Source: Ktedonobacterales bacterium
GTDB lineage: Bacteria; Chloroflexota; Ktedonobacteria; Ktedonobacterales; JADMIN01
Length of the DNA stretch: 32,000 nt
Assembly: GCA_030167145.1 (NCBI GenBank)
Contig: CP126532.1
Coordinates: forward strand, 480,001-512,000
Direction of reading: 5' to 3'
Positions within the stretch are counted from its first letter, which is position 1, and every line of letters starts with the position of its first letter. The position numbers and the translations under genes were made by a program. Below the pieces are notes generated by a model. The model was not told the origin of the DNA. It did no database searches and saw only the letters and a list, made by a program, of their open reading frames with translations. This document shows, piece by piece, positions 26,778 to 32,000 of this stretch.

Positions 26778-26846
26778 GGGTGCATTCCTTCATGTACAAC
26801 GTCCATTTCCCATGGACGGCGAACACGGCGCGAGCGGGCATCCGGC

Positions 26847-26928
26847 GGGCAGACAGGAATGTCCGCCCCACCGGAGGGCGGGCGTCCACCGGACGCCCCT
26901 ACGGTTGGCGTAACCCGCGTATGCGGGT
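26847..26928. repeat. Cluster of three GC-rich stem-loops between the hydrolase stop and the mutM start
   Basis: GGGCAGACA-GGAA-TGTCCGCCC (26847-26868), GGGCGTCC-ACC-GGACGCCC (26880-26898) and ACCCGC-GTAT-GCGGGT (26913-26928). The cluster contains GGCGGGCAG and CCGGACGCCCCTAC, both shared with 24987-25101. Confidence 0.45.
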
Positions 26929-26946
26929 GGGTAAGAAGTGGGCACG

Positions 26947-27882
26947 CTACTGCTCTGTCTGCGGCGCGCTCTTGTCTGATACTGCCTTGCCACCAGCAAG
27001 GTAGGTGTCGAAGAAGTCGCCGACCCGCTGAATCCATTCCTCTGGCGACAAATCGAAGGCATGAACATGGCCAGCGTCTGGCACCTGCCAGAGTTGCTTT
27101 GGCTCGTCGGCGCTGGCGTAGAGGTGCTCGCCGTCGTATGGCTCAACGGCAAGCTCGTCGCGGAGATCGGAGATGATGAAGACGGCACGCGGCGCGAGCT
27201 GATGGATGACGCGCACCGGTCGGATCTCTGCCAGCTTTACTTTGCCGATGCGCTGCCCCCAGAAGACGATCAGATTCGCGAACGAGAAGCTCGGCAAACC
27301 GGTATAGCGATGGAAGAGCATGCCCAGGTCGCGCTGCACATCGGCGAAGCAGCTTTCCACCATCACGCAGCGCAGTGCTGGCTCGCGCGCCGCTGCCAGC
27401 ACGGCAGAGATCGCACCGAGCGAATAGCCGAGAATGCCGATGCGCGCTATATCTACATCGCCGCGCGAGCGCAGATAGGCCACCACCGCCGCTATATCTT
27501 CCGATTCGCGGACACCGAACGTCACCAGATTGCCTTCGCTATCGCCGTGACCGGCGAAGTCGAAGAGCAGCGCGCCATAGCCGCCGCGCTGGTGGAGACG
27601 GGCAATCTGATCGAGCCACTGGCCACGATTGTCGTTGATGCCGTGGCAGCAAATGAGTGTGCAGCCGTTTCGCGCGGGCAGATACCACCCCGCCAGCGCG
27701 CCTCGCGGTCCAGGAATGCGCACGTCTTCCATTGTCAGGCCAAAATCCCGAGGCTGATGCGCAAGTGGCTTGCGAACAGGTGTGAGCAGTGTGCGGGCAC
27801 GCGAGTAGCTGAAGGCGAGCAGGACGACCAGCGCCAACAGCAGTAACCCAAGCACGACGAGCAGCACGTATAAGGCCGTCAT
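26947..27882 (-). CDS. Alpha/beta hydrolase with N-terminal membrane anchor
   Basis: N-terminal TM segment (LYVLLVVLGLLLLALVVLLAF). HG...GHGDSEG, nucleophile elbow GYSLGA, and a C-terminal D/H (PDAGHV). Confidence 0.85.
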   Translation of the reverse strand: MTALYVLLVVLGLLLLALVVLLAFSYSRARTLLTPVRKPLAHQPRDFGLTMEDVRIPGPRGALAGWYLPARNGCTLICCHGINDNRGQWLDQIARLHQRGGYGALLFDFAGHGDSEGNLVTFGVRESEDIAAVVAYLRSRGDVDIARIGILGYSLGAISAVLAAAREPALRCVMVESCFADVQRDLGMLFHRYTGLPSFSFANLIVFWGQRIGKVKLAEIRPVRVIHQLAPRAVFIISDLRDELAVEPYDGEHLYASADEPKQLWQVPDAGHVHAFDLSPEEWIQRVGDFFDTYLAGGKAVSDKSAPQTEQ

Positions 27883-27924
27883 AACATCACTGCTCTCTTG
27901 CGGGATTGTCCGCGACTGCGTGGG

Positions 27925-28563
27925 CTATTTCGAGACGCCGGAAAAGACATTGGGGTAGGTTGAAATGCCCTGCACATCGTGCAAAGGCCAGAAGACAATC
28001 TCTGCTTTGCCAACGACATTGCCGCGCGAAATCGTGCCGAAAGAGCGGGAATCGGGCGACTTCAACCGACTGTCGTTCATCACGAAATAGTCGTTCGGGC
28101 CAAGTTTCAGCGCGCTGACGATATTGGTGTTCGGCGGCACACCATTTGGCACGCTGATATACGGCTCGTTCAATGTCACATTGTTGACGATCACTTGCGT
28201 TGGCGAGACGGTAATCGTATCACCGGGGATGGCGATCACCCGCCCGATACGCTGTACGCTGGTGTCGGTCGGATCGGCATAGACCACGACATCGCCACGT
28301 CCGGGGCCACCGAAGAGATATGCCGCGCGGTTCACAAGCACCAACTGGTCAGGCTGGAGTTGTGGCATCATCGTATCAGAGGCGCGGTATGGTCGAATGG
28401 CAAACTGAACAATGAAGAATACGATGCCTACGAACAGCAGCGTTTCGACGATCTCGCGCATCAGATGTGCGCGCTTTTCCGCCGCCGTCCGGCTCATACC
28501 CACTTTCGGCTTCCGCAGCACAGCGTACTCCTCAACAGGTTGCACAACACACGGCATATTCAT
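27925..28563 (-). CDS. Signal peptidase I-like protein, catalytic dyad not conserved (degenerate paralog)
   Basis: It is collinear with the adjacent SPase I (TM anchor, RGDVVVY, RVIAIPGDTITV, PDSRSFG..SR..VVGKA). However, box B reads DTMMPQL (Thr where the Ser nucleophile sits), box D reads IGRVIAIPGD (Gly where the Lys sits), and box E reads NDSR rather than GDNR. The start is uncertain (28563, 28557 or 28497). Confidence 0.75.
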   Translation of the reverse strand: MNMPCVVQPVEEYAVLRKPKVGMSRTAAEKRAHLMREIVETLLFVGIVFFIVQFAIRPYRASDTMMPQLQPDQLVLVNRAAYLFGGPGRGDVVVYADPTDTSVQRIGRVIAIPGDTITVSPTQVIVNNVTLNEPYISVPNGVPPNTNIVSALKLGPNDYFVMNDSRLKSPDSRSFGTISRGNVVGKAEIVFWPLHDVQGISTYPNVFSGVSK

Positions 28564-28610
28564 AGCGGTCCAGCAGAGCCGCGCCTATGAGGCAGCGCTG
28601 TACGCGCTGG

Positions 28611-29288
28611 CTAGGGCTTGCCGATGCCGGCGAACACAGGCGAATAATCATGCAACCACTCTATTGTATTCACTGGCCAGATTACCGCCTCGGCCTTGCC
28701 GATGATGCTGCTTCGCGAGATTGGGCCGAAATAGCGTGAATCTACGCTGTTGTCGCGGTTATCGCCCATCACCCAGTACTCGTTAGGGCCAAGTTTCTGT
28801 GGCGGCACCACCACTGGGGTGCCCTCCGCGACTGGCCCGAAGGCATTGGTTTGGGAAATGTATGGCTCGGTCAGGCGGTCGCCGTTCACATAGACGCCAT
28901 CGGGTGTAACGTTAATCGTATCACCGGGAATCGCAATGACCCGCTTCACATAGTACAGATTCGGGTCACTCGACGTGGGGGGATGGAAGACGATGACATC
29001 GCCGCGATGGGGGGAGCCGAAATCATAGGCCAGCAGATTCACTACGACCTTTTCGCCGGTGTGCAGACCCGGCTGCATGCTGGGGCCTTCGACATCGAAC
29101 GGCTGAACGGAAAAATGCACCGCGAAGAAGATCAGCAGCGTGAGGACCACCGTCTCGATGATCTCGCGCGCCATGCGCGGACGCTTCGCCGGAATCCCGC
29201 CCTCGGTGCGCCCGGTTCGGCCCGCTGGCAGTATGCGGGTGTCTTGCACGCTCGTCTCCTCCTCATGCCATCTCATGCCATCGCGCAT
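28611..29288 (-). CDS. lepB: Signal peptidase I
   Basis: Canonical boxes are present: GPSMQPGL (Ser), RGDVIVF, YVKRVIAIPGD (Lys), GDNRDNSVDSRYFG. There is a TM anchor, and the ATG is at 29288. Confidence 0.85.
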   Translation of the reverse strand: MRDGMRWHEEETSVQDTRILPAGRTGRTEGGIPAKRPRMAREIIETVVLTLLIFFAVHFSVQPFDVEGPSMQPGLHTGEKVVVNLLAYDFGSPHRGDVIVFHPPTSSDPNLYYVKRVIAIPGDTINVTPDGVYVNGDRLTEPYISQTNAFGPVAEGTPVVVPPQKLGPNEYWVMGDNRDNSVDSRYFGPISRSSIIGKAEAVIWPVNTIEWLHDYSPVFAGIGKP

Positions 29289-29306
29289 TGCCAATCATCA
29301 CCGCCC

Positions 29307-29315
29307 ATTATATCA
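29307..29315 (-). promoter_or_regulatory. Extended -10 element (TGaTATAAT) upstream of lepB
   Basis: The minus strand reads TGATATAAT at 29315-29307, ~19 nt upstream of the ATG, which would imply a very short leader. Motif match only. Confidence 0.3.
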
Positions 29316-29512
29316 TAGGCGCCGCTTTATAGCTTTCATGAGTGGACTTCTGGCCAGAGGCGACGCCATGCCAGGAGGCGGCAAGCCGCTACGAGATGCG
29401 ACCGACGAGACCATCTCAGCATGCGATGCAGATGCTATACTGAGTGGCGGCAGCGCAAGGTCGGGCGATGCGCCTGAATCATGTGCGCGAGAATCGTCGT
29501 GGAGATGCCGAG

Positions 29513-30298
29513 ATGGAGGCAAAGGCGCCAGATATGTATATACTCGTCGAACGTGAAGACCCTATTGCGGTGGTGACTATCAATCGCCCAGACAAGCTGA
29601 ATGCGTTGAATTGGGCGCTGGTCGCGGAACTGGCGGATGCGCTTGATGCGCTGGACCGCGACGAGGCGATTAGCTGTATCGTGCTGACGGGCGCGGGCAA
29701 CAAGGCGTTCGCGGCTGGCGCGGATATCGCGGAGATGGCGGACAAGAGCGCCGTGACGATGGCGACCGGCGGCTTCGAGAGCTGGGACCGTATTCGGCGC
29801 ATCAAGACACCGCTGATCGCGGCGGTGGGCGGCTACGCGCTCGGTGGTGGCAGCGAGCTGGCAATGCACGCGGATATGATCGTGGCGAGCGAGAATGCGA
29901 AGTTCGGCCAGCCAGAGATTTTGCTGGGCATCATGTGCGGCGCGGGCGGCACGCAGCGGCTGACGCGCACCATCGGCAAGTATCGTGCGATGGAGCTATG
30001 CCTCACGGGCAAGCAGGTGAGCGCACAGGAGGCGAGCGCGTGGGGACTGGTCAACCGGGTGGTTCCGGAAGGGCAGCACCTCGAAGAGGCCAAGAAGCTG
30101 GCGCACGAGGTGGCGAAGCAGGCGCCGCTCGCGGCGCGGTTCACCAAAGAAGCGATCCTGAAAGCCTTCGAGATGCCGCTGGAAGAGGGGCTGCAGTACG
30201 AAAAGCGGCTTTTCGCTTTGCTCTTTGCCAGCGAAGACCAGAAAGAGGGCATGCGCGCCTTCCTGGCCAAGGAAAAACCGGCGTTCAAGGGCCGCTAG
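29513..30298 (+). CDS. Enoyl-CoA hydratase (crotonase family)
   Basis: VTINRPDKLNAL, TGAGNKAFAAGADI, GGGSELAM..D and the C-terminal EG..AF..KR.P.F.G pattern are present. I prefer the ATG at 29513, which has GGAG 8 nt upstream. Confidence 0.9.
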   Translation: MEAKAPDMYILVEREDPIAVVTINRPDKLNALNWALVAELADALDALDRDEAISCIVLTGAGNKAFAAGADIAEMADKSAVTMATGGFESWDRIRRIKTPLIAAVGGYALGGGSELAMHADMIVASENAKFGQPEILLGIMCGAGGTQRLTRTIGKYRAMELCLTGKQVSAQEASAWGLVNRVVPEGQHLEEAKKLAHEVAKQAPLAARFTKEAILKAFEMPLEEGLQYEKRLFALLFASEDQKEGMRAFLAKEKPAFKGR

Positions 30299-30316
30299 CC
30301 CAAAGGAAGCGCAACA

Positions 30317-31522
30317 ATGGATGAAATCGTGCTGCTCTCCGCCGTTCGCACGCCCATCGGGCGCTACGCGGGCGCGCTGAAAGAGGTGCGCCCCGACGAC
30401 CTGGCCGCGCTGGCGATTGCCGAAGCGGTGCGGCGGGCGGGGGTGCCGCGTGAGGAGATCGAGGATGTGGTGCTGGGTTGCGCCAACCAGGCGGGCGAGG
30501 ATAACCGCAATGTTGCGCGGATGGCGCTGCTGCTGGCGGGGCTGCCAGTCGAGGCTGGAGGCCAGACGGTGAACCGGCTCTGCGGCTCCGGCTTGCAGGC
30601 GATCAATAGCGCGGCAAACGCGATTCGCGCGGGCGAGGGCGAGATGTATGTGGCGGGCGGTGTGGAGAGCATGACCCGCGCGCCATATGTACTGGGCAAG
30701 CCGGAAAGCGCATTTGCGCGCGGTGAGATGAAACTGCAAGATACGACGCTCGGCTGGCGCTTCGTCAATCCGCGGCTGGCAGAGATGCACCACCCCTATA
30801 GTATGGGCGAGACTGCTGAGAATGTCGCGGAACGTTACAACGTCTCGCGCGAGGAGCAGGACGCCTTCGCCTGCGAGAGCCACCGCCGCGCCATCGCCGC
30901 GATAGACGCGGGCCGCTTCCGCGAGGAGATCGTGCCGGTGGATGCGCCCGCTGGCAAGGCGGGCACGGTGCGTGTGGAGACCGATGAGCAGCCGCGCCGC
31001 GATACGACGATGGAAAAGCTGGCGTCGCTCAAAGCGGTGTTCCGCAAGGGTGGGAGCGTGACGGCGGGCAATAGCTCTGGCATCAACGATGGTGCGGCGG
31101 CGCTGGTGCTCTGCTCGCGCGAACGCGCGGAGCGCGGTGGCTGGCGGCAACGGGCACGCATCATCGCCAGCGCGGTCGCGGGGGTTGACCCGGCGTATAT
31201 GGGGCTGGGGCCGATCTTCGCCACGCGCAAGGCGCTGCAACGTGCGGGGCTGTCTGCTGCCGATCTGGATCTGGTCGAGCTGAACGAGGCATTCGCTGCG
31301 CAGGCGCTGCCATGCATGCGCGAGCTGGGTCTGGATGGGGAGCGCGTCAATGTCAATGGCGGGGCGATTGCGCTGGGGCATCCGCTGGGGTGTTCGGGCG
31401 CGCGGCTGATGGTGACGCTGCTGCACGAGCTAGAGCGGCGCGGCGGGCGCTATGGGCTGGCGACGATGTGCATCGGCGTGGGCCAGGGCATCGCGACGAT
31501 CATCGAACGGATACCAGCATAA
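30317..31522 (+). CDS. Acetyl-CoA C-acetyltransferase (thiolase II)
   Basis: VRTPIGR..G, the active-site region [34 protein letters not shown] and CIGVGQG are present. AAGGAAG RBS. The start is 18 nt after the crotonase stop. Confidence 0.93.
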   Translation: MDEIVLLSAVRTPIGRYAGALKEVRPDDLAALAIAEAVRRAGVPREEIEDVVLGCANQAGEDNRNVARMALLLAGLPVEAGGQTVNRLCGSGLQAINSAANAIRAGEGEMYVAGGVESMTRAPYVLGKPESAFARGEMKLQDTTLGWRFVNPRLAEMHHPYSMGETAENVAERYNVSREEQDAFACESHRRAIAAIDAGRFREEIVPVDAPAGKAGTVRVETDEQPRRDTTMEKLASLKAVFRKGGSVTAGNSSGINDGAAALVLCSRERAERGGWRQRARIIASAVAGVDPAYMGLGPIFATRKALQRAGLSAADLDLVELNEAFAAQALPCMRELGLDGERVNVNGGAIALGHPLGCSGARLMVTLLHELERRGGRYGLATMCIGVGQGIATIIERIPA

Positions 31523-31560
31523 ATTGCGCGCCCAATTGGGCACGTACCGGCACACACTTT

Positions 31561-31613
31561 GCGAGTCCTTTCCGAGAGCCGTCAGCGCATGGCGGCGTGG
31601 GGAAAGGACTCGC
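31561..31613 (+). terminator. Long stem-loop downstream of the thiolase gene
   Basis: GCGAGTCCTTTCC (31561-31573) pairs perfectly with GGAAAGGACTCGC (31601-31613). There is additional pairing inside the 27-nt loop and no U-tract. Confidence 0.4.
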
Positions 31614-31640
31614 TGTATGCTGCCGCCACGCTATCATAGG

Positions 31641-32000
31641 ATGCCGCGCCTGCCGGTGAGCGTCTATGTGTTGATGGCCATCAGCCTGGCCGCGTTTGCC
31701 TCCGGGCAATGGCTTGGCCATCACGATACGAAGGCGGGCGATGCGCCTGCGTCTCGCGTTGCCACACACGATACGTCTGGCCTGACCTTGCTGAACACCA
31801 GCGTCACCGTCACTCCGCCAGCCACTTCTCCGTCCACCACGCCAGCGACACCACATATCGCCGTGGCGATTACCGCCGATGCCGAAGGTGGCGGCCTAAC
31901 CGCAGATCATGGCAAGAGCCAGCCACACGAGCATGACAAAGGCAAGCGCCACAAGGCCGACCATGGAGACGGGACGGCGCACGACGGAACAGAGCAAGAC
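31641..32000 (+). CDS. Hypothetical secreted/membrane-anchored protein, His/Asp-rich, 3' end outside window
   Basis: From the ATG at 31641 the frame stays open for 120 codons to the window end, so it is absent from the supplied track. The N-terminus is hydrophobic (VSVYVLMAISLAAFASG), followed by a T/P/S linker and HGKSQPHEHDKGKRHKADHGDG. The RBS is weak. Confidence 0.5.
   Translation, partial: MPRLPVSVYVLMAISLAAFASGQWLGHHDTKAGDAPASRVATHDTSGLTLLNTSVTVTPPATSPSTTPATPHIAVAITADAEGGGLTADHGKSQPHEHDKGKRHKADHGDGTAHDGTEQD

Noticed and set aside
9454-27846. Other 190-260-aa antisense ORFs (9454..10041, 14892..15620, 17547..18335, 20279..20875, 22730..23473, 27061..27846, 27979..28590)
   Set aside because: Each is nested opposite a CDS with strong family motifs (murA, kinase, MCCase beta, BNR protein, UDG, hydrolase, SPase). 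All show the Arg-rich, low-complexity composition typical of GC-rich antisense frames.
29996-31426. 476-aa ORF antisense to the crotonase and thiolase genes
   Set aside because: Same reasoning. The sequence is extremely Arg/His/Gln-rich, has no motifs, and overlaps two well-supported sense genes.
1-32000. tRNA/rRNA genes and mobile elements (transposase, integrase, IS inverted repeats)
   Set aside because: No T-loop GGTTCGAATCC-like motif in a cloverleaf context, no rRNA signatures, and no ORF with DDE transposase or tyrosine recombinase motifs were seen.

Overview
The window is a GC-rich (about 60% by eye) bacterial chromosomal segment made mostly of housekeeping and catabolic genes. RBS-like GGAGG motifs precede most starts. 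The lineage is not determinable from here; a Chloroflexota/Ktedonobacteria-like organism is only a guess.

Gene content, left to right:
- 3' end of a TIR-domain gene, cut by the window edge.
- An isolated lipoyl-E2 acyltransferase.
- A DUF1611 (DgcN-like) / dipeptide-epimerase / HD-hydrolase operon.
- Two tandem paralogous polytopic membrane proteins of unknown family.
- murA plus a cupin gene.
- uvrA.
- A Ser/Thr kinase fused to a zinc ribbon and an FHA domain, downstream of TetR and LiaF-like genes.
- Methylcrotonyl-CoA carboxylase beta subunit.
- Two tandem paralogous Asp-box (BNR) lipoproteins.
- A family-4-like uracil-DNA glycosylase.
- A KGG-repeat stress protein.
- larB.
- A small lipoprotein.
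- mutM.
- A membrane-anchored alpha/beta hydrolase.
- Two tandem signal-peptidase-I paralogs.
- Enoyl-CoA hydratase and thiolase.
- A 5'-partial secreted His-rich ORF.

I found no rRNA, tRNA, CRISPR array, transposase or integrase, and I could not identify a complete known or obviously novel multi-gene defence system.

The most unusual feature is a roughly 1 kb ORF-free gap (18894-19891) upstream of the carboxylase gene. Its first ~550 bp form an ordered, alternating array of short dimeric GCCG-core boxes.

Secondary observations:
- One signal-peptidase paralog lacks both catalytic dyad residues.
- The two membrane proteins belong to no family I recognise.
- The glycosylase has non-canonical motifs.
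- GC-rich nested-hairpin elements share a GTAGGGGCGTCCGG motif.
- uvrA carries low-complexity insertions.

Many long antisense ORFs in the supplied track are high-GC artefacts.
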